Origin: Camelus dromedarius
Taxonomy: Eukaryota
DNA: 64,000 nucleotides
Assembly: GCF_036321535.1 (NCBI RefSeq)
Contig: NC_087472.1
Span: 101,000,001 to 101,064,000, forward strand
Reading direction: 5' to 3'
In this document: piece after piece, positions 1 through 13,540 of the stretch
Layout: every line of letters begins with the position of its first letter
How positions within the stretch are numbered: the stretch's first letter is position 1
Notes under the pieces: model-generated
Told to the model about the DNA's origin: nothing
The model's database searches: none
Seen by the model: the letters and a program-made list of their open reading frames with translations, nothing else
Position numbers and translations under genes: made by a program

Positions 1-334
1 GGCCCTAAATGCAATACACAAGGGTCCTTATGAGAAGCAGACAGAGGGAGATTACACACAAAGAAGAGGAGAAGATGACATGACCACAAAGGTAGAGGTT
101 GGAGTGATGCTGCCACAAGCCAAGGAATGCCGGCAGCCACCAGAATGAGGAAGAGGCAAGAAAGTCTCCTGTAGAGCTTCTGGAGGGAGCATGGCCCTGT
201 TGACACCTTGATTTCAGCCCAGTGAAACTGATTTCAAACTTTTGGCCTTCAGAACTGTAAGAGAATAAATGCTTTTTGTCTTAAGCCACCAAGTTTGTGG
301 TTATTTGTTACAACAGCCATAGGAAACTGATACA
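1..334 (+). mobile_element. MaLR LTR (MLT1B/C-like), 5' part outside window
   Basis: Typical MLT1 text gccacaagccaaggaatgccggcagccaccaga...ccttcagaactgtaagagaataaat...ggaaactgataca terminus. Confidence 0.85.
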
Positions 335-2719
335 GTATTATTGTCTAAAAAGCCACCTGCAGCTGTCCAGTCCATGGCAGGAAATATAAAAGAAGATGTA
401 GGAATGGGAGTGGTTTAGTAATTAGACTTCTTCATTGTTCTTGAACTTTTCTATGAAATATGAAGAAGTATCCTATATTACAGAAATGTAGATAATCACT
501 TTTACCTTGCAAGCTAGAGCTAAAAAGAAGTGGCAGAAAATTTGACCTGAAAGTTCTAAAAATGGAAAAAGAGATTCAAAATGGTACTTACACTTCTTTA
601 CTACCAATTCCATAAACTTCTGTGACATATATTCTCCTTAAAAAAATCTTTAAATTGTATTAACACGCTAGTTTTGGATCTCTTCTGACAATCTTCTTTA
701 GAATGCTTCTTTATCAACTTGTTGCTATCACCTTCAAATTTTGGCAGACTAAGAATATTGCTAGTAAAATCTGTCAATGGAGCAAAGACTTATTTAAGCC
801 ATTTATTCAAAACCTGTTTGCAGACTTCTATTTCAGGAATGTAATTAAAATCGACTACAGCAGCTTGAATTCTCACTGGATGTAATCTCTGCTGGCCAAT
901 CTCTTTTGTGGATTCCATTTAAATGTTATATTAATTACACACTGCATCTAATTAAAACTCCTACTTTGTGGTCCTTCTCTTTATGCCTTGATATTCCTAA
1001 GGTGACCATGGTAGTCATTGTTTCATATGTGCATCAGGCTTGTGTTTCCCTGAGTACTTGCAGGCAGTTCCATGGTGTAGAAAATTGGAATTTGTGCCTT
1101 AAAATTCATCATGTCTGGGGAACTATTTCCAGCAAATGTTGCCCCCACACATGGGCAATCTGTAGCTCTAATATCTTGGTTCTCACCAAGCCACCTTCAA
1201 AACTACCCTATCCTGGGTGCTAGGGCAAAGTATGTTAGAACTGCAGGGCACAGATGCCTGGGTGTTACACAGACAAACACCCAGATGGTACAGCCATAGA
1301 GACAAGAGCTCCTGCTGCTCACTGATTTAATTGTCGTGTGTGGATACCAAAAATAGAAGCAGATTCTACCTCTCTTTTCCTGGCTTCCCACTAACGACAT
1401 AATGATGGAGCAAATGTCAAAGCTTCTAGAGCTTAAAAATCCTGATTTCACAGTAATTGAGCACCTTTAAAATTGTCATGACCATGTAACCCAATGACAA
1501 AGGAGGTGGCTGTGAGATGCATAAACCCAACAGAACAGCAGCAGGTGAAAGAGAGAGGACTGGCGCATATGCCCAATACGTAGACACCATCCATGGTAGG
1601 TGGCTGGGCCAGGGCTCACGTGCACGAGGGACTCTGAATGTAAGATCTTTTTAAACATCAAATTGTACACTATGATTTTTAATGTCTGGATCATCTGGAT
1701 CTTGGCAGTCTTATCTCATGAATGCTGAAGCTTTATCATGACTTTTCGTCTGTGGCCAAATGTATGCTATTTATTTCCTGCAGCTGACTCTGCTTTGGGC
1801 TCGTGTTCAGTTTGTTCCAAACTGAAAATAAAATTACATTTAAAGATAACTGCTCAAGGTCAGAGACTTGGTGGGTAGTAGGGAAAAGGGAGGTCCCTGA
1901 AGCCAACCAGATCCTTCCTTAATGCCACACCATCTGCTTAAGAGGTGAGACATAGATTTATTCATGTAATCAATTACTCACTGGAAAATTCAGAGGCAAT
2001 ACAAGGAGGCAGGTTGTCGGTTACATTGATATAACAATATTTTCTCAAATGATCACTGTAGCTGCTACCACAACTAATAATTACAATTAAACTTCCTTAA
2101 TGACTATACCAGTAACATTGACTTTGTGGTTGAGGTGAAGCATATTGTTGTATTTTCTATAGAAAAGTTTGTTAAATAAATTAATTGTGTAGACAAGATT
2201 ACTGAGTGGAGAGGCTGTATTCAATCCCATTAGAGGTAACCATTTACATACAACATGTAAACACTTGATATACTAAATATAAGCACTAAATCAGTATGCT
2301 GAAGACAGAAATTTTGATCTGTTTGCTAAAATTGGGTTCCAGGGCAATGCATCATTAGTCCAGTTACAGATGCTATATATTCTTGAAAGCATGAAAATGT
2401 GATTTGCTTTAGATCAAAATATTCCTGCTGTTCTCTAAACGAATATGCTGTTCTTACTTTATTGTAATTATTGAGTTTGACTATTTCTAAAGTAATAGAA
2501 ATCTGGTCTAACCATGTCATTTTATGGGTTACTACACTGAGGCTCAAGAGCTTCAATGATGGAAATATACATCATCCTGTGACAATCAGGCAACTGTCAT
2601 ACTTGAGCAGTTTCTTTCATGAGTATTAAAGAAGGTTCATAGTCATTGGCACTTTCCTGCCTCTGCTGCCACTATAAGCTTCTACTTCTGCCATCTATTA
2701 CTCTCCCATCAGTTTGGTT

Positions 2720-3030
2720 GGTACTTGGCATGCATTTCAACCTCCTTCTTATGTGTATGCTGTACTACAGGGACTAAAAAGCTTAAAACTACATTCCCCA
2801 GTGGAAGTGAGGAGGAAGCCATCTTCCTGCTTCTTCAGTGTTACCGCTGGCAAGCACAATCCTGAAGACATGGCAGTCTATGCACCCATGATCGAGGGTC
2901 TAGTCAGCCTGGTAGGTGTCAGGAGGCCATTGTAGCCATGGAAACAAGATTTTAGCTGTGCATCCAATCATTATAGTCGCAATCCCTATTTTTTTACCTT
3001 CTTCTCTAAACTATGCTGTCTGTCCTCCCA
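2720..3030 (+). mobile_element. Degraded ERVL-type LTR fragment (LTR33-like)
   Basis: aaaagcttaaaactacattcccca resembles the LTR33 family core; heavily decayed. Confidence 0.4.
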
Positions 3031-3444
3031 GGAGAAAACAGCCACTGGGACTTCCTCTCTCCCCATTTCAGCTACTCTGGGCTGCTCTAGGACAGCTGAG
3101 GGACCCAGGGATTTATGTCTACCTTGCCCCCTGTGTTCCCTGCAAATGAAAGCTGGTGGGGAGCCCTGGGAGTTTTCATTCTTTTCTTGCAAAAAAGAAA
3201 AAAAACCTATCGTTTCTGGAGAAAAAAAGTATCTTCCTCAAAATGCAAATTTGGATAGATAGCATAGGAAAAAAATATGAAGGCATTTGAAAATGTTTGT
3301 ACTTGATCTATAAGAAATGAGGAGCAGTTAAATGTTTTTAGCATGATGACAGTGGCGTTTTAGAAAGATAAGCCTACTAAGAATTAGAAGAGAAGAAGGT
3401 GGACTCAGGTAAGCTATCTAAGAGGCTGTTTTCGTAGAGACTTC

Positions 3445-6400
3445 GTTCATTCATTCATTCATTTGACAGACACCCATCACGTTGTCATTACTCCCTAGGC
3501 TTTGCACCAGATGCTGAGGATACAACAGAAGCAAGACTGACTCTGTCTTCGAGAAGCTTATAGTAATTAAGTGAGAAATGACAATCCAGCGGAGTAAATG
3601 CTAGATAGAGGATACTAAGAAAACACAACAGAGACAACTAGAAAAAACAATATTTAAGCTGACAGGTGAAGTGGTGTTGGAAGAGCCATCCAGTCAGAGT
3701 GGAAAGCAGGTTCAAAGGCTCAGAGGTGAAGGAAGAGAGCTTCTTGGAGGAACTGGAAGAAGTTCAGAATGTCTAGAGCCTCTGAGTTGGACGTTGGGGA
3801 AGAGGAGGTGGAAATGGGGAGAGGGGAGATTGGAGAGAGAGAGAATGAAGGCTTGTAGGGCTTTCCAAGCCTGTTAAGGAGTTCAGGATTTCTCTAAGGA
3901 GCAACAGCAGCTGCTTAAGCAGAGCAGGGACCTGATTACATTTGCACTGTAAAAGCTTGTTCTGGCTGCCATATGGAAAATGGATCACAGGGGAGGAAAC
4001 TGTAAGTTGAGAGAGCAGCTGGGAGGCTGCTGCCACAGGCCGGGGCAAGACAATGATGGCCAAGATTAGGGCAGTGGCAGATGGCAATGGAACGGACCCA
4101 AAACGCCTTTCAAAGAGGGATCTTCAAGACATCCCTTTGTACAATTTGTCTAAAATATAATTTTAGTTTTTGAAATTGTAGAAGTAGAATTGTGGGCTTT
4201 GATATACCTCTCACTTGGCCACATTGGAGTGGCCAAATACTGAACACATTAACAGTCACCACCACACAGTGGTAGCTGCTGAAATAATGGCTTAGGGCCA
4301 CAGAGAATATAACCAATTCCTACAGAGAGTCTTGCAAAATTAAATCAATTATGTGATGCTAAATGTCTCCCTCAGTTCTTCACCTGAATTCTTAGCTTCT
4401 AGAAGACAAGGCTTGTGGTGTGAGGTGACCCTGGAGAGGAAGGAAGGGGTCAGCTTATGCAGAACCTTGAAAAACACAGTAAGGACTTTTATCTTTATGT
4501 GAAGAAGTCGGAAGCCGTGGAGAGATTCTAGGTAGGGAATTGACAGAATCTGACATGCTTTTTTTAATATTAAAAAAAACTTTCTAAAATAAAAATTTCA
4601 ACCTACTCAAAAGTATAGAGACTAAGTATGAAAAAAAACACCATATACCCATCATCCCAATTTTAACAGCTATGAACATTTACCACACTTGAGTCATCTA
4701 TCTCTTTTTTCTTCTCCCTCTTTCTTTTTAAAATTGAAATATTTTAAAATAAATCCCAGATATTATGACATTTAATCTCTGAAACCTCCAGTGTGCATAT
4801 CTAATAAATAAGAACAACTTCTCACATAACCACAATACTATTATAAAATTATTATTATAAAATTAACAATAGTTCCTTAACATCATCTAATATTCACTTC
4901 ATATTCAAATTCCCCAAGAGTCTCAACAAACGCCCTTTTTAACAGTTGATTTTTTGGAATCAGGATCTAAACAAAGTCCACACATTGTGTTTAGTGGGTC
5001 TCTTAAATCTCTTTTACTTTACAACAGTCTTCCCTCCCTCTTTTTGTTTTATGCCTTGGCTTTTAAAGAAACCAGATGAGCTGTTTTGTAGAATATTCAA
5101 TCCTCTGAATTAGTCTGGTTGCTTCCCTATTATTTGTTTAACATGTTCCTCTATCCTTCCTATTTCCTCTAAAGTAAAAGTCAGAGCTAAAGGCCCAATT
5201 GGAGTAAGGCTCAGTGGTTTGGAGAACACAGCATTTCATAGGCAATGCTATACACTTCATACTGATAATATCAAAAGGCAAATAATGTCTGTTATCCTTC
5301 TTTTAGATTGAGCAGTGGGTTCAGGTGATGACAGTCAGATCCATCCATTGTAAAGATGTTTGTCCTTTACAGTGGGTGATCAATGAGGTGATATTTTGCA
5401 CCCTGATATTGTCTAGTTCCATGGCAGCCTTTCCTTGCATGGTTTTAGCATTCCTTGATGATTAGCTTTATCAGTTATTTCATTAGGAGTGTCCAAAGTG
5501 GTGATTTTATAATTCTATCACTCCCTTTGTGCTTATAAGCTGGAATTCTTCTGTGAAGAACTTTTTTCCATCAACTAAGACTATTAGACAATCCTAAGAC
5601 AGGATTATGCTTAATAAAGGCTTAACCTTTCCCCTTCATTACCAATTTACAAAGCAAGGTATTGATGACATAGCGACGTCCAATGGCAACCAGTAAGTCT
5701 ATTTGTTTGTTTTGGCATTTTCTTTTTTATATTATCAGTTTGATCCCATGTATTTTTATATACTCCATGTGTTTTAATCCATGCTGTCATTATTTTTTTT
5801 ATGCCACATTGTCTCATTTTAGGCGACTTGAGGGTCCCTCAAGGTGTTTCCTGTTGCCTTTTGACACAACTCATTAGTCTTTGATAGTTTTCTTGCTACC
5901 TGGCAGGAAAAGGGTTATCTCATGCATTTAATGCCCCAGACCTGGAATCAGCCATTTCTCCACAGAGCCCTGGTTCCTTTTAATGAAGAATGGCATTTAA
6001 AGACCAGTCTTCTAAGAGTAGACATGCTTTTAAATAGATCAGTTAAACTACAGTGAGAAGAATAGACTGTAGGAGGACAGAATGGATAAAAGCGGACTAG
6101 TTAGGAAGCTATAGCAGTAGCCCAGGCCAGGTGGCTTGGATAAGGGAGGTGGTGATGGAGAAGGGGTGAAATGAATCGACTTAAGAGCTGTTAAGGAGGT
6201 GCAGTTGACAGGGCTCGGTGAGGGATTGGAAATGATGGATGAGAGGGAGACGCCAAGGTTGACTCATAGCTTTCTGGCAGATTTATTTCCGAGAATCAAT
6301 TGATGGAATTGATTCCCAGAGCACTGGTAGAATCAATTGATTCTATCAATTCCAACTGAAAAAAAAAAAAGGGTAGACAGGGATTTTCAAAGAGAAAAAA

Positions 6401-6560
6401 GAATGTTGGAGAAGACTGGATATCTGTGGGAAGATCATAAATTCAGTTTAAGGCCTGATGGGTTGGAAGAGCCTTTGAGTCATTCATCCAAGAGATGTCA
6501 AGTAGAAGATGAATATAGATGTCTGGTACTCACAGGAGAGGCCTGTAATGAGCATAAAAG
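3445..6560 (-). mobile_element. Fragmented L2 interrupted by an old L1 (L1MC/ME-like, ~4560-6010)
   Basis: (TTCA)n L2 tail at 3445-3465. Purine-rich L2 body pieces at ~3500-4090, 4400-4560 and 6030-6560 flank an old L1 3' UTR. Confidence 0.65.
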
Positions 6561-9500
6561 TTTGTGTGTAAGTCATCTATGCATAAGTGGTTTACCTTTT
6601 TCTCTTAATAAACTCTGGTTCTTTATATATTATGGAAATAAATTCTTTGTAATATATGTTACAAATATTTTCTATTAGTCTACTCACTCTCTGTCTTTAA
6701 ACTTATAGTGTCTTTTAAAATGGGACAGAAGGTTTAATTTTTACTTAGACAAAATTGTCAACATTTCCCTTGATGGTTTGTGAACTTTTTTCTTGCTCGG
6801 GAGTGACTGACTCCACATCAGGTTTATAAACATGTTCCCATATATATTCTTTTAATACTTTTAGAGATTTTTTTACAGTTTACCCTTAATCCATCCAGAA
6901 TTCCTTTTTGTTTATCGTGTGAAATATGAGCCTTTTTTCCCCTAAATGGATAGCCAATTATTCCAACACTTCCAACTGATCAGGCTGTCCTTTGCCAACT
7001 GATTTGAAATATCACCTTTATTTATACGCTAACTTTTCACATATATGGGTCTATTTCCAAACTCCTTTTTCCATTTCATCGATCTGGTTTCTGCATCAGC
7101 ACACAATTTTACAGAATACTTTGATATCTGATGAAGTGTTATGTCTAATTAGTTATTATTAAGTTTTAGTTCTGAGAGTCAGTCCTCTTCTTTTGTTAAA
7201 GAATCTATGAGGTCCATTCTCTGTTTGCTTGCATTTGTCATTACAAAATCTCATTGTACATATTACAGTTCCCAGGTTTACTGGAAATTTTCCTTTACAT
7301 TTTAAGTTGAGGAAAGGTTAAAATCTTAGCATCAGTCTGTCTTAGATCACACCACACTGGTGTAGCCTGGGATATTTTCTATCAGTCAACCCTCTCCAAT
7401 GGGGTCTAGATTCTGGTGAATTTCTAATAGTATTCATTTATTTTTGATCTTGAGTCTGGGTTTAGGAGTCTTTCTGTGTTAATTTTGACTGACCTCTAGT
7501 CAGCCACTAAGTACCTCCTTTAGACTAGGAAACTCTGAGTTACCTCAGCTTTTTTGTATTTAATTGAATGTCATTAAATGTTAGCTTTGCTTCTATTCTA
7601 ACAGGTGGGCAAACTCTTCCCGTTGTTAGAATTTAAGCAGCGAAAGAGCACAAAGGAGAATGTCTAACTTTTAAGCAACCTTTAGGATTGCTTTTAGAAA
7701 AATGTTTTTCAGTGCCCTCAGACCATTAAGAAGGTATGTGTGTGAGTGAAAGCTTTATGTGAAGCTAACTTTGCAGATAAGAAAGGAGGGGTGGCTTGAT
7801 TGCCTAATGCATTTTTTAACTAGAAAAATGAAATATAATATCTTTTAACTTGAAAGAAAGCATGACACTAATCTGATCAAGATGTGACTAGTAAAAGTTT
7901 TCACTATTCATCAAAATCCTTATCATTTAAACTATTACAAGGATTTTTTAATGTGAAAAATTACAACAGAAATTAGTTATACCAATAGACTTTGTCAGAA
8001 ACCCTTCCAGCCTGGAGTCTGCCACAGATACAGAATTTTGAACCCGATTGGACTTCAGTCCTTTTACAAAAGGAGCTTTTTAATTTAAAAAAAAAAAACA
8101 CTCATTTACATACTAATAAGACAAATCATTTGCATGGGCATTAAAAGTCTCACGAATCCCCAAACTCACCTGGCTCTCCCTTAAAAAATTCTGTGATATA
8201 TTTGTATGTTTCTTTCCTCCATCCTCTACAGGGGTCATAGTGACTTCTTCGTCTCTTGCCTGAAATTTTCTTGCCTGCAAACTCCAATTCATCTATCAAG
8301 ACCCAGTTTAAATGTCACTTCCTCTGAGAAGCCTACTTTTTTTTTCTTGGGCAGAATTAGTCGCTTTTCTCAGAGCAGACCTTCCTTACTTCTGTATGTT
8401 TCAGTTTACCTGCCTACCGTTCTTCCCAAACTCAGAGTTCCTCAGCACCAACAATAATTCATGATAGTTGTGCTCAATAAATCAAATGAACAAAGGAATA
8501 TTAAAAGTTGAGATTTTCTTATCTTTCTCTTCTTGCTATTCCAGTCCTTATTCTTTTCTTTAATATGCTCTAAGAAAATTTTCAATAACAATAATAATGT
8601 CTTGTTTTTCATAGTGTTTTGCATTTTCTTAAGGAGTTTCATATGTTTCTTTTCAGCCTTTCAACTATCTTTTGATGGGCAGGTAGATCCCCCTACCCTA
8701 TTTTTATCATTGAGGAAGCAGAGACCCAGAATGCCAAGTGCCGTAAGACTGCCCAGTTAGTAAGAGAATCGGAAATGGATCCTGAGTTTTCCAACAGCTA
8801 GTCTAAGGCTTTTTTCCATGATGAGACTTTTTCTACACTATCTTCTATTCTCCAGAGATTTTGTTGAGTTAAACTACAAAAACATGCAAAGCAAATAGCA
8901 TTTTAGATGTGAAACTTTGAAAACTTCCCTTTGAATAGGGAAAAAGACAAAAATGATCATTCTTACCACTTCTAATTCATCATTTTTGAATGTCTTAAAT
9001 ATCACACAACTTAAAATTTATTAAAAGAATAGTTTTAAAAGCAGACTCTACTCTTAAACCTCTAGTTTTGTATTTTCTTGAATTCCTGCTCTGAACAATA
9101 ACATTTGTTTTAATCTGAAAAAAATCTTGATTTTTTTTTTGCTGGTATTCTACATACAAACATTACACTGGCATGCTTCATACATTATTGGATGAACTAT
9201 GTCCCTTTATAAATCCACATGAAAAATTTTCTAAATTACATAAAGAGAGAAAGCAGTATCAAAATATGTTCTTGAATATTAGCCACTTTCAGAACTAGTG
9301 CAGGCAAATGCATGAATGTTCCAAAATTATTTATCTATTGATTTTGAACTTGGCATATATTGTTCCACATAATTAGTGTTCCCAGAATTTCTTCCCTTGT
9401 TCCTCTTTTCTTCTTCAACTACGTATTCTCTCCTTGGATGATTCTGGCTCCACTTACGGCTTCACCTTATGAGTGCCAGCTTACAACTGCCAACATTTTA

Positions 9501-9835
9501 ACTCCAGCTGTGATCAAAGTTCTTCACCAAAAATTCTCTCAGGCTACTTTGTACCTCTTCCTTGATGTCTCAGTCAAACTGAACATAGACTCATAATTTC
9601 CTCTACTACTGGCATTTTGTCTCCTCTCTCCCACCTCCTCTCCAAATCCTGTCGGACCCTCTTTTCCATTCCCAGGGCCACTACCTTATTTAGGTCTTTG
9701 TCTCTGTCCTAGTCTGTCCCAAAACTATCTTATCTGATCTTTTAGTCACCTGTCTTCCCCTTCTCTACTCCCTTCTTCACTCTGCTGTCAAAGTTTCCCT
9801 CCCAAAACCAAATCTGACAGTCCAATTTCCTTGCT

Positions 9836-10572
9836 GTCTGGAATCCTCCTACACTGTTGGTGGGAATATAAATTGGTGCAGTCACTACGGAAAACAGTAT
9901 GGAGGTTCCTTAAAAAACTAAAAATAGAGCTACCATATGATCTAGTAACCCCACTCCTGGTCATATATCCAAAGAAAACTCTAATTTGAAAAGATATATG
10001 TGCCCCAATGTTCATAGCAGCACTATTTACAACAGCCAAGACATGGAAGCAACCTAAATGTCCATTGACAGAAGAATGGATGCATACGTGGTATATATCT
10101 ACAATGGAATATTACTCAGCCATAATAAAGAATGAAATAATGCCATTTGCAGCAACATGGATGGACCTAGAGATTATCATAGTAAGTGAAGTCAGCCAGA
10201 AAGAGAAAGATAAATACCATATTATATCACTTATATGTGGAATCTAAAATATGGTACAAATGAACTTAGTTACATACAAAAGGAGACTCACAGACAAAGA
10301 AAACAAACTTATGGTTACCAAAAGGGATGGGAGAGGGATAAATTAGGAGTTTGGGATTAGCAGATACGAACTACTACATATAAGATAGATAGACAACAAG
10401 GTTCTACTATATAGCACAGAGAACTATGTTCAATATCCTGTAATAAACCATAATGGAAAAAGATATGGAAAAGAATATGCATATATATATATATCCAAAT
10501 CACTGTTCTAGACACCAGAAACTAACACAACATTGTAAATCAACTATACGGCAATAAAAAATAATAATGAAG
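9836..10572 (+). mobile_element. 5'-truncated younger L1 (ORF2 C-terminus + 3' UTR)
   Basis: ORF 10008+ [19 protein letters not shown]... is the L1 ORF2 C-terminus; AATAAA and A-rich tail at ~10553-10572. Confidence 0.9.
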
Positions 10573-10580
10573 AAAACCTC

Positions 10581-11320
10581 CCATGCCAAATAATTCCAAA
10601 TAATTTTATATATATACTGCACTTTCAAGAAGGTGGAACTTAACACACACACAGCTTTCCTGAGCATGGGCTGCACTAAGCGACTTCTTTTCAAAGAGTA
10701 GAGTGTGGAAATTGTGGGGTATCAGGGGTGAGAGGAATAGTTTTAGTGGAAAAACCTGGCAAACACTACCTCAGCCAGGTGATCAAGGTCAATAACAGTG
10801 ATAAGTCATGTTGATAGTATGTTCCCTTATATGATGCGATAATAGTGGCATTTCTACCTCTGTGGTTTTCTTGACAGAAATGCGTAATCCCCATCTAATC
10901 ATGAGAAAAACACAAGACAAATTCCAGTAGAGGGTGATTATACAAAATACCTGACCAGTCCTCCTTTAAACTGTCAAGGTTATCAAAAACACGAAAAGTC
11001 TGAGAAACTGTCACAGCCAAGAGGAGCCTAAGGAGACGTGACAACTAAATGTGTTATGGTATCCTGGGTGGGATCTTGTAGCAGAAAATGAAATTGGGTA
11101 AAAACTAAGGAAATCTGAATAAACTATGAGCTGTGGTTAATAACAATAATGCATCAGGATTGGTTCATTAGTTGTAAAAAATGTACCATACCTATGTAAC
11201 GATAGGGAAAGCTGGGTATATGGGAACTCTCTGTACTATCTTCACAACTTTTATGTAGATTTGAAACCATTCTAAACTTAAAAATGTGTTCAAATTTTAA
11301 AGAAGTAAAAAAAAAAAAAA
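10581..11320 (+). mobile_element. L1MC-type 3' end with poly(A)
   Basis: aaacactacctcagccaggtgatcaaggtc...tatgggaactctctgtactatct...A-tail; flanked by AAAACCTC on both sides. Confidence 0.8.
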
Positions 11321-13164
11321 AAAAACCTCTCCTGGCTACCTGTTACCTATAGGATTGATCCAAATCCAATAGTATCTATCCTGGAAAACCCTTCACAATC
11401 TGGCTCCATCTACCACTTCAGATGAATTTTCAGCCACTTCCTACATAGTCAATGCTCGACCCTCAATTAACTTTTCAGTGTTCTCCACATGTACCAGGTT
11501 TCAGCATATTTTGCTGGGTCAATGATTAGGTCTGCACACAAAGTCCTATTGAAACACAAAACACAAGATGTGTTGGTTGCACTCATTCTAAAAGACATTA
11601 GGTGTTCTAAGTTTTTTAAAAAAGCAAAGTAAACTGTCTTCTCCAGTACCTTGCCAATCACCCAGACAACCTCCTACATAATGTCTTATGCCTCTACCAG
11701 TATAGGATATTGGTCTTTCAAAGAATTCCAATAAGATCAGGGCAAAATATTAATGCAAAGAAAACACAGTGTTGATCTCAATTTTATAAGTTTTGCAATA
11801 TAATTCCAATTTTGTAAAAACACACAAAACCCAAAGGGTAGTTATGCCTAGGAAAAGAGAAAAAGAACAGGAAGGAAATCCAATAAAATATAAACTATGT
11901 CTATTCCCATGTGGTGGATTATAGATAGTATTTCTTGTCTTGTGCTTTCTTCTCTAAAATTATGAAATATAACCTACATACAAAAATGTATGCCAAACAT
12001 ATGTACTTTCATTTTAAAGACAAAAACAAAAATAAATACGGTGTAACTGTCACCCATGTCAATAAAATAGAACCTTACGGAAGTTCTCCACACGCAGCCT
12101 CCTTGACCACCACTCTCAACCTCCCCAGAGGTAACTCCTAACTCCTGATAAGCAAATCCTTGTTTTTCAAGTTTTTTTTTTTGTTTTGTTTTACCTCATT
12201 GTATGCAACCTGGATTGAGTATTGTCTGAATGGAATCAAACCATTTGCGTTCTCTTTCTCTCTCTTCTTTTGTTCAACATTACGTTTTTGAGATTTCATC
12301 CACCTTGCAGTGTGTAGCTGTGTAGTTTCATTGCTAGTGAGAATTTATTCCATTGAATGAATATGCCACAATATACATTCCCATTTTACTATAGGTGGAC
12401 TTGGGGTTTTCCTTTGGGGGGCCATTATAAATCATGTGACCATGAGCATTCTTAAAAGTTTATTTGTTTATGATGTACATGCACAAGTTTTTCCAACGTA
12501 ATACATAGAAGTAGACCTGCTGGGCCACAGGCTATGTTTATCTTCTACTTTATTAGATAATGACAAACTGGTTTCTAGAAGCATTTGTATTAACTTACAT
12601 GCCCACCAACAGTGTATGAGAGTTCCTATGCTCGACATTATTATCAAAACCTGATATTGTCAGTCTTTTTTAATACCTTTTTATTGCTGTATTAACTGGC
12701 ATTCTTTTAAAAGACTGCAAATTAAAATTTTTGCTAATCTGGTGAGTTTGTAGTGATATCCCACGGTGGCTTTAATTTGCATTTCCCTGATTGCTAGTGA
12801 GGTTAATGACTGTTTAATATATTTATATTGAAAAACAAAAAGAGAAAATAAAATTTAAGTAAACATGCCATTTACAACATCAACAAAAATATGTCATACT
12901 TTTTCCTTTTTCCTGGAATTACACAGACCTTAGGAAACTTTTAATCTACTTACCCACCTCCCAATTTATATTTCAGGGTGATTATCTACTCCAGTTTGCT
13001 GAGCCAAGTTTATGCCTGTTGTCCCTGTGTCATTATTCATATCACCCACTTTCACTCTCCAGTCCTGGATTGTATACAAAATAATACGGTCAATCCTACT
13101 GTTTTGTATATTTTTATTCTCTCTGTCTCTCTCTGTGACTCTGTCTCTGTCTCTCACTCTCTCT

Positions 13165-13540
13165 CTATACATTGAATGTTTTGTCCTCCCCAGATTCATA
13201 GGTTGAAGCCCTCACCCACAATGTGATGGTGTTAAGAGAAGGGACCTTTGGGAGGTACTTAGGTTTAGATGAGGTTATAAAGGCAGAGCCCCACGATGCA
13301 ATTAGTCCCCTTATAAGATGAGGAAGAGACACCAGAGCTTCTCCTCTTTGCCATGTGAGTATACAGCAAGAAGATGTCTGTCTGCAAGCCAGGAAGAGGA
13401 CCCTCCCCACAATCCAACTATGCTGGCATCCTGATCTTGGACTTCCAGACTCCAGAACTGTAAGAAATAAAATACCGTAAACTAGGTGGCTAAAACCTAG
13501 TTTACGGTATTTTATTATGGTGGGTCAACCTGACTAATAC
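13165..13540 (+). mobile_element. MaLR solo LTR (MLT1A-like)
   Basis: ttgaatgttttgtcctccccagattcata...ggacttccagactccagaactgtaagaaataaa...gactaataca. Confidence 0.8.

Noticed and set aside
1500..2100. Further short viral-looking words (KITAQG, IQGGRL on +; WLQGP, YYPP on -)
   Set aside because: Spacing is inconsistent with any one protein. Such short matches arise easily by chance, which is also a caution for the L-relic hypothesis.
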